Positions 36,301 through 50,278 of a stretch of DNA of 64,000 nucleotides are shown one piece after another (position 1 is the stretch's first letter; the number at the start of each line of letters is the position of its first letter). The translations under genes and the position numbers were made by a program. Location of the stretch: positions 17,998,728 through 18,062,727 of the forward strand of contig CM082578.2 of NCBI GenBank assembly GCA_040954595.2, in the 5' to 3' direction. Below the pieces are notes generated by a model, which saw only the letters and a program-made list of their open reading frames with translations, had not been told where the DNA came from and made no database searches. The DNA comes from Balanoglossus misakiensis. Its lineage: Eukaryota; Animalia; Hemichordata.

Positions 36301-38397
36301 TTTTTGTGCAAGATTTCAGTTTTGTTGTCCTGCCTTATACTTGGAATCAGCGGTCCATAACAGCCTTGTGATGACTAATCCACAATCATTCCATCATATT
36401 TGCATTTCAATCTCAGGATCACACAAGTTTGCAGAGTGCAGGCGAAGATATCCAGGGCTTGAAGTCGCAGGTTTTGTCGCTGGTCAAGGAATTGCAAGAC
36501 ACGGAAGAAAAACTGAAAACTGCCAAGGAAAGAGTCAAGAGCTACAGACACAGGTACATGCGTACAGATGTTTATCTCACTGAAGATCTTGAAAATGTTT
36601 TTGGTTGGTGTTTCAAAATGTCTGATCATTATAGCTAAGATGTTCAGTGCAGGAATGGTTTCCTTATTCGACATGTACCTTTCGCTGTTCAGAATGACAG
36701 AGGCAGAGAGGCAGGTCCTTATACTGACAGAAGAGTACGAAGCACGGTGTGAAAAGGACAGCTCGACCATTAACAGCCAGAGAATCGAATTGCAAAATTA
36801 TGAAGAGACTCTGAAAGCTGAAAGGCAAGCAACACAGCAAGAAAGGTGAGTTCGTTGTGAAATTTGCAGCCAAGACCAAAAGCTACAATGCATATTATCA
36901 ACTCTGTGTACTTAAGGTCACTTCGGTTGCAAAGATTTCACTTTCATACTTGAGGAGTTTACATCATGTTGTCAAGGCATTGGCTAAGTTTGTTATTTTT
37001 TCTTCCAGGACAAACATGAAGGAGATCCGAACCCAGCACTCCAGACTTATTGCCGAGTATGAAACCCTGTGGAAAGTCCACAATGACTTTAGGGACAAGG
37101 GAGGACAGGTAATGGGAAATTCCTGTCTCTATACATGGAATGGGTCATTTTTAAACGGAAGGAGAATTTCCCTGCGAGTGTGATCAGCATGAGATCAGAA
37201 AAGGGTCAGTTTTCAGTGGAAGGGACATTTCCCTTTGAAGAGATCATTGCCTTAATCTGAATGTTAAGAGTTTCTTCAGAGGAAATGTTAATAAATAATT
37301 TTTTGGGACTACACAGGGTGGAGCTGATCCAAGGATTGTCCAAGAAAAAGACGCTAAGATTGACAACTTGACAGCACAGTTGGTGTCTGCAGATGAAGCC
37401 ATTGCTGCCAAGGAAGATGAAACCAGAGAACTGAGAAGGAAGCTGATGGAACTTCAAGGTGACCTTGAAACAATCCCGGTGCTCAAAGCACAGGTAAGAC
37501 ACTATGAAGTGTTCTAAGTTAAACTGAATGGAAAATACAAACATGTAGTCTTACAAAAGTGGAATGTGCAGGGAAGGTCTTGGAATAAAAACACCTAGAA
37601 ATTAGGTGCATAAGTTATCCAAGCGATTTCTTCCATGTTCATTGGGATGTTTGTACAGATTTGAAGATGCTTGATGTTTCTTACAGGCTGATATCTTCCA
37701 AGCCGACTTCCAAGCAGAGAGAGAAGCCAGGGAGAAAGCCCATGGAGAGAAAGAAATCATGATGCAGGAAATACAACAGCTACAAGCCGACAATCAACAG
37801 TTGCAAGACGAACTGAACACGTACACAAACACGCAGATCGCAGAAATGCAGCGACGACATGGTGGCTACAACAGGGCCGAGGTACGGACGGGATTCCAGC
37901 AGCCAGGACGCGGCTATCCCTATCCGGCACGTTACTATGTGGATGGAGAAGAAGGAAACGAAAGGCAGGGGAGGAATGATCGGGTAGTGGGCGTGGCTGA
38001 TGGAATGGGTGGACCCGGACACCAGGATGAGAATAGAATGCAACCTGTCTTGATAGCAAGACAAGCACAGGTAGATATTTCCTATGCATTTGTCCCTTGA
38101 ATTCAGCTCATGGAGGATTTGGGTCGTGTGTTGCTCAAAGTTTTGTTCATGAAATATCCACAGAAGTGAGATTGAAAATGACTGGTTTGTATTAAATAAA
38201 TTAAATAAAATGGGCAAAAATTTTACTTCATCTCATAGGCAGCCAAACTAACGATTTCTTTTGTTATTTCGTGATCTCAGGGAGGAAGTAATGAGCGGGC
38301 GGCGTCTCAAGCAACAGAGTTCACATGTCCCAAGTGTGAGCAAAGCTATCCTGATATGGACACGCTACAGATACACATCCTGGAATGTATTGACTGA
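33384..38397 (+). CDS. IKBKG: NF-kB essential modulator (NEMO/IKK-gamma)/optineurin-family protein, ~834 aa, 10 coding exons
   Basis: Exons 33384-33642, 34622-34839, 34965-35132, 35362-36153, 36417-36553, 36693-36845, 37009-37108, 37317-37493, 37687-38070, 38281-38397. All are GT-AG with matching phases (2505 nt). N-terminal coiled coil [27 protein letters not shown]; [30 protein letters not shown] (human NEMO [26 protein letters not shown]); C-terminal zinc finger [23 protein letters not shown] ([27 protein letters not shown]). Confidence 0.9.
33692..34587. promoter_or_regulatory. Intronic cluster of kB and IRF/ISRE-like sites
   Basis: kB-like: GGATTTTCCC 33692, GGGAATTTTC 33773, GGGGATTTCCC 33874, GGAAGTTCCC 34288. 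IRF-E GAAAGTGAAAGTG 34406-34418. ISRE-like AGTTTCATTTC 34577-34587. Confidence 0.55.
37114..37233. promoter_or_regulatory. Second intronic kB-site cluster
   Basis: GGGAAATTCC 37114-37123, AGAATTTCCC 37163-37172 and GGGACATTTCCC 37222-37233, all within one 208-bp intron. Confidence 0.45.
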
Positions 38398-38647
38398 GGC
38401 GTTTCAGCTATCTGGTCTGATGCCATGGATTCTCAAAGAATTTGGAGTCACCTTTGACCCCCCGCCGACAGTGGAAACAAGGAAAACTTATCTGTTGCAC
38501 AGTGTAGGTGTCTGTGAAGGTGGCACACTGTATGTGGCTTATTGGTAAATTTGTGTGTACAATTTTTATGTGAGGATACAAAGACACTTTGATCTGAAAC
38601 ATAAATACAATCCTAAAGATGGCAGAATCCTATGAGAGATTTTCTTG

Positions 38648-38751
38648 ATTTATAAATTTACTTAATGTTTATTTAAGATCAGTTTAGAAGCATCTATTTA
38701 TAATGACCAACACTCTGGAATCAATGTAGTAAATCCAGAAATTTAAATTTA
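38648..38751 (+). promoter_or_regulatory. AU-rich element cluster in the presumed NEMO-like 3' UTR
   Basis: Six ATTTA pentamers at 38648, 38656, 38671, 38696, 38741 and 38747. Confidence 0.35.
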
Positions 38752-41620
38752 TTTGAAAAGAAGAGAAATGGTTTGTATTCATTTCACATTTTTTCAGTGC
38801 CATCAGACTGCTGAAACTTTTGTGGTGTAGTACCTTTTGGCCAAGTGTACTGTGACACTTGTAATTGTTGACATGATTCTAGATCTGGTTGGCACATCTG
38901 TAAATTGCAAGGTCTGATATCTATTTAACGGTCTTGCGCAACACAGGGAACCCTATCCAGAGATTCAGAATTTATGTTTGTCATTGACTGTAAAATATCT
39001 GAAGAAGTTGCTATTTAAAAATGCAAATTTTTAAGTGTATAACCATAACAACAGAATATCCAAGATGTAGTCCACAACCTGGGACATTTTACTTGTAGTA
39101 ACCAGTAAGGATTGACATCTTACAATGACAGCACTATGATACTGTGAATTCCTATCAACTGATTTCTGGACAGTGAGGACACGAACATTGAGGAATTCAC
39201 AACCCAGTGTCCTCTCACATTGATACAGTTGTAAACTTGTAATCTGGTATGCAAGTCGGGCCAAACTCTGAATAAAAGCTGGACAAATCTGATGCACTTG
39301 TCTTCGTGTGCATTTAATTCACCCAGGCACACACTTGTACCATCATGCAGTGAAATTGATAGATTTTCAAGGTGCATATTCAATTTTGTACTTTCAAATC
39401 TCTGATGACCAACAAAATGAGTGACTGTGTGTTTTGCAATCCTCTGACATAGTCTGAGAGGTACATGCAAAGAGACCAGTCACACTTGGAATTTTTGAAA
39501 CAGATATAACCATGATCTGATGAATAGCTGAGTGCAAGTCAGACTTAGTGATATTTAGTAGTACTTCACATCTTTCATGGAATTAGCAACTAAGAGGTCG
39601 TATCTTGTAAAAGATTGGTTGAAATTGGTGGTTCGAGTATTATCAATGGTATGGCGAGTGATGTGATTCAAGTACAATGGAAGGTAGTAGTTTTAAAGCA
39701 AAGAGATCTCGTTCTGTAACTCTGATTGACACGCTATGTAAATAAATTCTTTGATGAAAATAGTGGATCATAGGTATGTGGACGATGAAAGTGTAAACAG
39801 AAATCCCTTATCCATGATTGTATTAACTAGGCTTTTAAATGTGAAGTTTCTGTTCTATGTATTTGTAATAATTTATCGATTATTTGCTGGTATACTGCAA
39901 GACACTTGCATGTTTTATGCATTAAATACTAGGACTTCAAATGATGAATTGAGTCCATAAAAATTCTGACTCTTTGTGTTTCTCTGACTGTTTAGGGGAT
40001 ATTTACGATGACAAAACGCCGGTGGTGTGTTTCATCATGGCATTTTAGGGGCTGACCCGACAATGTTGGTTGAACTCTGACCATTTCTTTCTGTGTCAAC
40101 ACAAGGCGACCATTCTTATCTTTTCTGTTTTTGCTGATGACCAGTCTTCCAAGGTTCAAGTGGTTCACGCAGGTTGAAATGATTGTGCAAGTCTCACAAC
40201 TTGTCGTAAAACGAGGCTGACAAACGGCGGGTTTTGACAGATTGTTGTGTCTACTCGTGGCAACAGAAACAAATCTGTGGAATTCTGTAGAAACCCATCA
40301 TTTAATTTATGCAACCCCTGTCATGTCATGGGACTGGTCATACAGGCTGGGATTTCCAGGCTGGTAGTTTAGAGAATCTATTTCATATGAATTGCACACC
40401 ATGTTCAATTTCAAATGATAGTTCTATGAAAATCCCACCTCCTCCCTGTCCAACACCCTAAGATAAGAAGTACATAGAAAATATTCACATGAGCTGGTTT
40501 TACCCCATATTGCCCAAATTCTTGAACACAACATACAAGTTATGAATAACACACCAGGACAGGCTGTGTCAAAATGAATTGTCAAAACTTCATTAAATAA
40601 CGTCAAATCATTAATGTATGTTCAGGTTTAGGCTTTGTTCATATACCATTACTGCAAACTTTTTTTAGGAACACAAGTCTTCCTACGAACAGGCTTTTAA
40701 AGTCAAAACCACTTGGTTCAGAGGGCGTGGCTTGGTGGATGACCTCAGAAAGGTAGCTTTGGGTTGGGTTGAGTTGGATGATTCACAGATCTTCAATTAC
40801 AGTAGAATAATGGAATTCCCACCTTACATTTCAAGAATCTGTATTGTTAGTAGAGCAACTGTGTGCCCAGAGGCTCCAATGTCCACTAAGCCTTTCAGCT
40901 GTGACGTGCCTTGACCTTACAAAACCCCCTCCATCTGTTTTGTTTCTTTCCATAGCAACACAGCCTGTATGTGGGCTGGGTAAACCATGAATGGACTAGA
41001 GATAATTGGGCGGAAGACTAGTATGCTGGTTCCAGCCATTGAATAAAAGCTCCGTGAATTGCCACGCACGTCTTAGAACAGTCATGGTTAGTAAAGGATT
41101 TTAAAATTTTCCTTTTAAAAAAATCTAGAACCTTGTAGTGGTCATTTTCAGTCTTTGAGCATCAACCTCAGAAGCAGTTGATGTGTATTTTGCATGGATG
41201 GATCTGTAAATGTGTGTTCAACAATTGTTTATCATAAAGATATATTTTCATTGTTGCAAAACAAGTTGTTTGGGTATTTAATATACATGACAGTCACTAA
41301 AGCATAAATATTTCAGAGTTTACACTGTATTTACTGAAATACCACTTAAAAGTCTATACCACAAACAACAAACAAAACACTAATCAATAAGATCATGTCA
41401 TTTCCTCTGGCTTGATTCAGTCATGTGATTTGTTTTTCCGTTCCACACATACATCACGTGAACATGCAAAACGCAGTTTCATTTCAGTGTCAACGACCCT
41501 GTGTGAGGTCAGAATTCTCAGAAAAGAATGAAATTTCCTAGTAGTTCCAGATTTACATTAAAAATTCACACCCTCGATAACCCTCCCCTGTGGTGGAAAT
41601 TCCAAAGCGGAAGCAAGCTG

Positions 41621-43717
41621 CTAGAGGTCGTACTGATAACGTTCTCTATACGCTGCCTTGGCATCCGATTTATTCCTGGGTATTTTATGAAACGGTTCGT
41701 GGTCATTGAAGCAGGAATCAAAGACTTCATCCACCACCTTCTCCACTACAGGCCTGGGGACATGTCTTGCAGCCAACACCGACCGTATTGCTCTGTCCTT
41801 TACGCATGTCTGTGTATGCAGAGTGGTTTGATAAAAAAAACTGTATTGAAATGCATGTTTTCAGAAGAATTAGTAATATGTGTTATGTTTTCCTTGATAA
41901 GAAACTATTGCTTACCAACTTCTGTTCTGAAGGCCATGAATGTGTGCATGCAGCTTTGGGGGACTTTTTTTATATATTGTCGTAGAGGGCGCCCTTCATT
42001 ATTTTTTGCCTGAAGTTTTCGCAGGAACCATCAAATGACTGATACCAGTATTCAAGCAGACCTACCTGTTGGTGTTTCATAAAACCGTACTGCAGTCGGT
42101 GAAATCTTCCGACATGTTCCATGATAAATGAACACTCACCGCTCAGGTTGGCTGCGCGAATCTGCAAAAATGTACATAACATTCAGATAAACATCATATC
42201 ACAACTTGTGGACTACAGTCAATTTCACAACCGCAGTATTGGAATAAAACTAACTCAACCAGATGGAAATAACACTCGGTGATTTACCTCACTGCATGCC
42301 AAGTGTCTGACATCATTCCAGTTGACCTTTGCTCTGCAGTGGTCAAATGCATGGATCAACTCGTGAGTTAAAACACGGTCCATTCCACCCTGCGTCTGGA
42401 TGTTGTTCTGACAGATCACAATCTGAGAAGACAGAAGCATCGTGTTTTCATAAACAAATTGCTCAGCTGGGTACATGCTACAGTTGGCAACTACTTCACT
42501 TGATGGTATGAACTGGAGGTGGCCCTAGACACGTAATAAGGAGACTCTGGTCTGACCACATTAAGAGGTAAAGCTACATAGCTAAACTGAAGTGAATTTG
42601 ACAAATGTAGTAGGCAATGATTACCTGTGAGGTCTCTGAATCAAATCCTCCACTGACAACACTAGAACACTGCTCACACGAAAAGTGACGTTCTTGCAGT
42701 GCTTCACTAAAAAAAAAGAAGAAACAAAAATCACCAACGCATGTACGAATTAAACCACCCAGACCATGTACAAATACATCTTTACTAATGTCTATGGTCA
42801 GGTTGATTATACTTATAGCATGTCAATGCTGTATAGCTAGATGAGAGTCATCCACTGAATCTTTGAATCTGTTTTGCCACATGTAAATGAGACCCTATCG
42901 CAGAATAAATGAAGTAATTTTCTTTACCATCCATTCTCTTTCAGAGCTTTCAAAAGTAACTTCACATATGGGTCTGTAAAAAAAAATGTGAGTGATAGAT
43001 AGGTAAACCTTGTTTCAAGTCCAAAATTACGCTGCCCAAATATAAAGAGGCCTTCAACATCCTAGTACATGTACTGGGATGAGCCTAAAGCCAAAAGTAA
43101 GACACCCTTGTACCAGTTCAGCTATGTAACTCACTCACACCTATGCAACAAATGTTTGACATAGGTCATAACTCTTTAATGAATTTTAAGAATATCTACA
43201 TGCATGTTTGTGCAGGAGGTGTGTATTTCTACCATGCACCATGGCTGCTCGGACACAGGTCTGACTGCAGAAAAGTGACACCAAGACTATGAGGTACAGT
43301 CGTTTGAGGGCGCTCCATACTATAACGACTCGAATCTTTAGTCTCTGCATATTAATACGAATATGTCAAACTGTCTTCATGTGAAAATTAAATAAAACAG
43401 TGCCAAGAAAAGCTTCTCCACTGAAGTGGTTAGCACACACACACATGCTTAAAATACACAGTCGCTTGCGACCAGTACTCACTGAAACTACAGGAATGGG
43501 TCATGCGACTCAAACATTTGTAGTGACGGGTTCCGAGAACGCTTAAAAACTTCCCAAAATTGCTGGTGTCAACTTGCTGTCTATTGGCGTGCTCCTTGAA
43601 ATATTCTTCTGATCTATTTGTATCTTTTCCGAGGATATATTCGCCTTCGCCGAAGGGAACAGAAGCAAGGTCTTCGTCGGCTGCATCGGCGGCGTGTGAA
43701 TCACTGGGAGCCGCCAT
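41621..43717 (-). CDS. ATP23: Mitochondrial inner membrane protease ATP23 homolog (peptidase M76), ~260 aa, 6 exons
   Basis: Exons 43717-43483, 42973-42928, 42706-42625, 42422-42288, 42161-42066, 41809-41621 (783 nt, phases consistent). Motifs [34 protein letters not shown] in [46 protein letters not shown]. An alternative in-frame ATG lies at 43738. Confidence 0.96.
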
Positions 43718-46700
43718 ATTGAATTTCCCATAATTCATTTGTGTTTTTTAAAGGGACCACTCGAACTACCCCAGGATATGATATTAGTGAAGTTTTCCTC
43801 TACATAAGGCGACAGATTGAAAGTCGAGTGTGTTCTAAACAACTGGTACTTTACTTATTCAGAGTAGGCCTATACCGAGCCATTATGCGCCGCTACGACC
43901 AAAACATTAAGGTTTATAGTAATTTTCTTTGTCTGAAAAAACCCTACCTGTTCAGTTAAAAGCGGTCTGATCGGTAAAACTGTTGCCCACGTTGCTGTAT
44001 CGTACAGTAGTGAAATGGACACAGCATGCAGTTTCTGGGTTTATTTAAGCGTCGAAAGAATCGTTAGCATAATATTGCAAAACAGACTAGAAATTGTCAT
44101 CATTGTGTGTGATAAATATTAATAGCTAATTAAAGAATACTGATTGTGTTAAATCCACTTGTTTTGTGTGGTTTTATTGTATTAACCACCGCGATTTAAT
44201 GCGAGTCTTATTGATGAAGTCAGACTGCATATCATTTCCTGAAATTAAAAAGTTCACAGTATTTAATTCATTCGTCATACTGTTTGGGTGGGTGGACAAA
44301 CAGCTGTCTTTGTGGAGGAGATATTGATGATGCTGGCATGAGATGTGGTGTTCTTTTGCCAAAAGTTCCGATGATTTTTTTTCTGCCCGGCCCTCTTGCT
44401 AAAAGTTGTGGTCGGTGAACGAGATAATGACGTCGAAATAAAACCCAGTAATTGTGTTTTCGCGTTTGGAGCAATTGCAGCTAATCTAATTACGTGCAAG
44501 TTGTTGTAATAAAAGAAATGTCCATATTTTTCATTAGCATGTTTCCCTGCTTCAGTAATAACACATAATTGGGAGGCACTCGCCAAACCATTATCGGCAT
44601 TAGCATACAAGCTGTCGCAATTTTACGACTGTTCATTCACCTGCAGAAGCAAATTACTGAAATGATGGTACTCGACCCCCGTTGTGAACATTCTCCGCCC
44701 AATATTACTGCCATCACCTTTTTATCACGGTGTGGTGTGTTTTAAAAGTACTCAGTTTTCATATCTGGAATACTAGTACCTAGCACAGGTGAAGTCTATT
44801 TCTGCGCCATCTGTGATAGGTTTAGGGAAGATAACATCATTTAACGAGAAGCCTGTGCAGACCATCGTCAGTGCATCGTGTTCATCAAATTGATGAAAAT
44901 CATCGTTATAGACACGCGAGGAGGGTGCTCGTCTCTGGGGAATTATTTGTTGATACGTGTTCACGTGCGTGACTGAACCACAATTATGCGTGAGCCAACA
45001 TGCGCAGTCATATTTATCCCATCCCCGAAATTACTTCTGACAGTTTAAATTTCCAAGGCTGTTATCGTTCGTCGCACTTTTCTTTTGTGAAAGGGTTTCG
45101 TTTTGTGTCCGCCGTTTTTCACCAAATGGACAGAGGAATACGGTTAAAACAACCATGGTTTAGTACTAACACGATGTAGGCCTAATATTCAAGGAACGAC
45201 GTCATGATGCCCAGATATCGCAATTCATTTTCTTGTCTTTCAATCCCTCGTGCATTACCTATCTGGACTTGCTATCGTAAGCAAACACAGTACATCTGTC
45301 ATTAAAGCCCCATTAGCTATATGTTTTTTGTATTTGTCGCTACGATCGTTGAACTCAAGGTTTTTTGTTGAACTCAAAAGCAACTTCTATAAAAAAAAAT
45401 ATGCCTACAGAAATGTGACCATGGGCAAGTTTTCAAACATCGCCGACGAACGCACAACTCAAATTTTAACAAAAAATATAAATACTTTCAGATACTTGTC
45501 TGGGGCCGAATCGAATATTGAAAGCGAAACAAAGTAGAGCGAACTCATGACTTTATTAATTCATTTTTCTCTTTTAATTTCCTCTTTAATTGGATTTGAT
45601 TGACGACCACGTTTTGTTGCACAATCATACTGGGCAGCGCGGCTTTCGCATGCCTCAAAAACACCCAATATATACAGAAAGGTTTTGGACTGCTTCCTGG
45701 CCCAGAATAAAATGTTGTAGAGAACGGAAGCGAGACCCGCCGATTCTCGGCTGACATCGCTACCTTCTCTCATGGGCGCCTTTGTTGTAAATGCGAGGGG
45801 GGAAATCCATCCAACATCGTACTGTAACCTAGGAAACAACACCGCTCTCTTCATTCCATCTACGCCGTCTATATTACCACAATAGTACGCCCCTCAAGGC
45901 ATATCCACTGCAAATGCATCATACAGACGCTCGGCATGACCTGTTAATATTTTGAAAAGTTCACACATCTTCATTTTTAATAGCTACGAATTCGCATTTG
46001 AATTATTGGTGCGCAGTGTAAATATTTTTACCGTTTTTATTCCATTCTTATGTAAATACGCACAGAGCAAAATCAAATTATATGAAAATCGGTTATATGG
46101 TAGTCAAACCATTTCATCGCTGCGAGTGTCTTTTGATTCTCTTTGTGGTGAATGTTTAAAAGTTGGCGTGTCTTTCATTGACTGTGTACTACAATACCAA
46201 CTCTGTCGTCGATACTAATCGAAGGCAGCGCGATGAACAACGCTAGGTTTCGATCGATACTGTAGCCATTGTAGTTGGGCGATGTTGTGATAAACCCGGA
46301 AAAATCGTTGAATATTGTTCTGCATATAAGTGGTATTACAATAATCTGCACAGGAACAGAAATGAAATAGTCTGCTGGATGGCATTAAAAGATTTTCTCT
46401 CTCTCCGAAATGGATTAGTTAAATCCGCCATCGCCATAGTAACATACTGATGGCGGAATCCCCATTCCTATCAAAACAAGATTTGCGTTTCGTGTCAAAC
46501 GCTGACTCTACTCAGGTGTAAGCTTTTAGATATAAAGCATGAAGTCACAAATTTTCAGGCATATTTGTGAAGTGGTCTAGTGGCTTCGATTAATTGTTCG
46601 CATCTCATGGAAATTACCGCTTCTCACAATTAATGGCTTGGCTTATTAAATCGCTCATGCGCACACGCTGTCAGAGTTGTGGAATTACATATAGGTACAA

Positions 46701-49700
46701 TACATCTTGCCTGCAGCTATTGGCAAACAAGAACTGAACTCGCCGTAAGACGCAGGATCGGACATCCCGCCGAGACGTTTTGCTCCAAGCTCTGACGATT
46801 TCCCGTGAAAACAGGAAAAAAGTGTGCGGCAGTAATAACGTCATTATAGAGTGACTTAACTTGTTTTGGCTCTTTCCCTTACTCAATATCGTATTATAGG
46901 TTTTAAGGTGAGTCATCTCAGCTTATTGTAATAGCTCATGATCACTTCACTGCGGTACAGATGTATAGATATTGAGAGCCGCCCCGCCGCTACCTGCGGA
47001 CCAGACTCGTTCAGGTCTCCGGAGACAAATTCACTAAGCACGGGCCCTGTCGATTGGAGCCTCCGCGTCTGCATGGGAAAGTCAGTCGTACCCCCTCACA
47101 AACTGAGCACTTTTTTACTAAACACGGTTTTCTCTGAACGACAATAAACTTAGTAGACATGATATCGTAAACTTTTTTGTTTCAAATTTTCCCGACAGAG
47201 TGAAATTGGAGCAAGGGTAATATCACGGTTCATTTGGTGACCGTGGAAAAATATCCGACCGAATTGAGGAAGAAAGCGTTCAAATAAATTAATACGGATT
47301 ACGGGTAAGTAGAACCGATTTGAGTGAGGTTCAGATGATTTCTAGGACAGACAGGGCGATGATATGTATATCCAAATGTATGAATTCGATAAGACAGTTG
47401 TTCATCATAGATGTCTCATATGACTGTCTTCTTTTTTCGTATTTCTTTCTTTCTTTTTTTCTTTCGTTCTTTTCGGGGTAAACTTTCGAAAAGGCCTTTG
47501 AAAATGAATATTTCTCAGAAATCACATTTTCCGGAAACATACAGCTACTAAAAGATGACCAGGTAAATAATAGTGTAATGTTGTATCCAAAGATTCTCCG
47601 CCGCCACTTAATGGCACATCTGCTTTGTCGGCATGCGATGTTTGAAGTGTCGGTATCTCTGGCTAGTTGCAAACAAATACGAATACGTGCACGAGTGTAT
47701 GAAACCAAACGCGACATTTGCACGTCAGGCGTGTTATTCTTATATTCGCTTTCCACTACCTATACCATTGTTGCACGCCGATCGACAAATTTACTTTCTA
47801 TTACTAAGTTGTGCGTTGATACCCGGTGGGCTACGGATAACGTTTCTTCATATCGGGCCGCACGTATCAATTCACGGAATAATTAAACAGCAGTTTCCCA
47901 CTTTCATGATATCGGTCCGAGTTTCTCCAGAGAATACAATCCAGTTTACACATCGAGGTAGTTAGCCAGTATCGTTTGATCACTAATTGTGTGAAAGCTA
48001 TCACGTTCATTATTACGGCGTGTTAGTGGTGCTAGTTAAATTTTAAAAATTGTACTCTTACGCAATGGAAATGTTTTATGATTTCCACGGTGTTAGAAGG
48101 GTCCACGTTAATTAAATTTGAACGAGCTATCTTATCGATATCACGCGCGCTTACTACTTGGGAATATTGCAGACTTTTGGGGATTCGTTATCTAAATGTG
48201 AAAATTTTAATATTGAAAGTGGGTTTTGTGCTGATGTTATGGTGCGTGTTACCGTACGCGGTAGGGGCTTTGTACTCAATCGCTTTACACAATGCAACAC
48301 AATACATAATATGCCGACAATGCCCCAATGGCATGGAGTTGACTTGCCAGCTTATTGCTTGATTCGATTCGCATTGTGAGTGGCTCCGACTGAAAAGATG
48401 TTATGAAAACAATCGCACGTGCGTATGCAAGGCAAACCTGTCCATTGTCCTTTTGTAAGAGCGCGCCAAGCATTGCGTGATATCGTACGTATTCCCATTC
48501 GGAATATTTCAAATCCCCCCAGATGAAAACTGTTGAAAACCTCATAAATCTACAAAACTACAGCGCAGATGTAGAGTTAATTATTATTTCATAAACCTGG
48601 CGGAATTAACTCCCACAGGGCGCTGAATTGTCTATTATAACATTGCGAATTTTTAGATTGACTGATGCATCAAAGTCTGCAGGGAAACCTTCATTAAAAT
48701 CCTAATGCACATTTCACACTCAAAGAGCGCCACCATCATTACAAATATTTAATTTGTTGGTTTCTCCGATATTGAGTTTTCATTCAAATGGGGCCTCTTT
48801 ATATCCGCGTAATGTGATGGGACATTATGAAAAAAAAAATCGAATGTGATGGGGAAAAAAAACCACGCCGGATCTCGTTGTTCGGAGTGTGTATATGGGC
48901 TACATCTACATCTACTAGGTTCCAAGTAATCGGTAATGAAATCATGCGTGGTCCGTCTCCATTCAAAATCACTCATCCACGACTATTTAATTTGCGACTA
49001 TTCTGTTCTTTTGTCTCACTGTTCGAAAGTTCGTAAATGAAAATTGGTCTGAGTGATTCTGTTTGATGTTTTAGCCCAGTAATTGTTTCGGTTCGACGTA
49101 TAAGTATGGATACCCCCGAACTACTGTCGGTAAAGAGACGGGGACATGCCCTGTCAAACGCATTCGCTTGCCACTTCAATATACCAGACGCAGTGAAATT
49201 GAGCGCAATTGATGAACACGTGATCTGTGATAGGGGCCTTAGACATCTTTAGTTTTCACTGAAATAAGCAAACTCTCAGTAAGGCACTGGTATTGGTCAC
49301 AAAGAATATTCAGTTCAACTCCATCACACATACGAGAGAGAAGATGGACATTTGTGTCCTACCATCATTAATCATGTTAATGGTAAGTCACGTGGTACTA
49401 GACTTCGCCACAAAAGAGAGCGACTTCGCCCCTTTAAGTTTGAAAGGAAAGAACGTTGGAGAGTGTGTGTCCGCCGTGAAGGGAGTTTATCGTGAGTCAG
49501 GGTTTGTGTATGGCGATGTTGCAATCGGCGTGAAATTGAAAGTACCAGGTGTTTCTTTCTTGTTCTCGGTATACATCGCTGTTTCACTGCAAGGCGCTCC
49601 TATGCTCAACTGTCAGATATCATTGACTTCATAAATGTAGTGGGTGAAGCCGAATTAAATAATTCACACAATGAATATTACAAGAGATCGCTCTCTGACT

Positions 49701-50278
49701 ACATCACATCACGTTCAGTCATTGACTCTTTGTGCGGTCATAAAACTGTAATGGGGCAAATAGAATGTGACTAGTGCGTGGCCGCTATTGGCTAATATTT
49801 GTTTATTCCCATCTAACTGGGTTTCCGCTAACTGTCAATCCCAGCAGAGCCCTGGTTGTTGGCACCACCCACTGCACTTCCATTCATTGTCGTACTGTAC
49901 ACAGTCCTATACTACTCAACATAGTTTCTCACACACTCAGCGATCAGTAGCGCTCACACTGTGAGCCCACTCGTCCGCATCTTTTCTTAACAGCGGCCGT
50001 GCGGTCGTGCACTAGACGCTCTGAATATGTAAGTTGTTTCTCTTTCAAAGGCATCCTTGTTTCCTGCAGTTGTTTCTGGTCGTTTCGTTGCGGCTCTTTG
50101 TTAAAAGTCAGGCGACCTTCTTCTTCTTGATGGTACGTTAACTCCACGTGTGTTACTGTGGCCTTATCTCATAACCCGCCGCTATGCGTCTGTATACGCA
50201 CGCTCTCTTCTGTTGATGCGGACGCTTGTTTTTGGCCAACAACCAGGCACAGAAAGGTGATCAGTTCGCCGCGGTAAA

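Noticed and set aside
41528-42013. 161-aa plus-strand ORF
   Set aside because: Antisense to the last ATP23 exon and intron; no recognisable domain.
43748-49437. TTAA-flanked (Kolobok/piggyBac-like) element between ttaaaggg (43748) and ccctttaa (~49430)
   Set aside because: The inverted match extends only ~8 bp and no transposase-like ORF lies between.
44174-49964. Short intergenic ORFs (60-141 aa)
   Set aside because: No homology motifs, no consistent exon chain, and lengths expected by chance.
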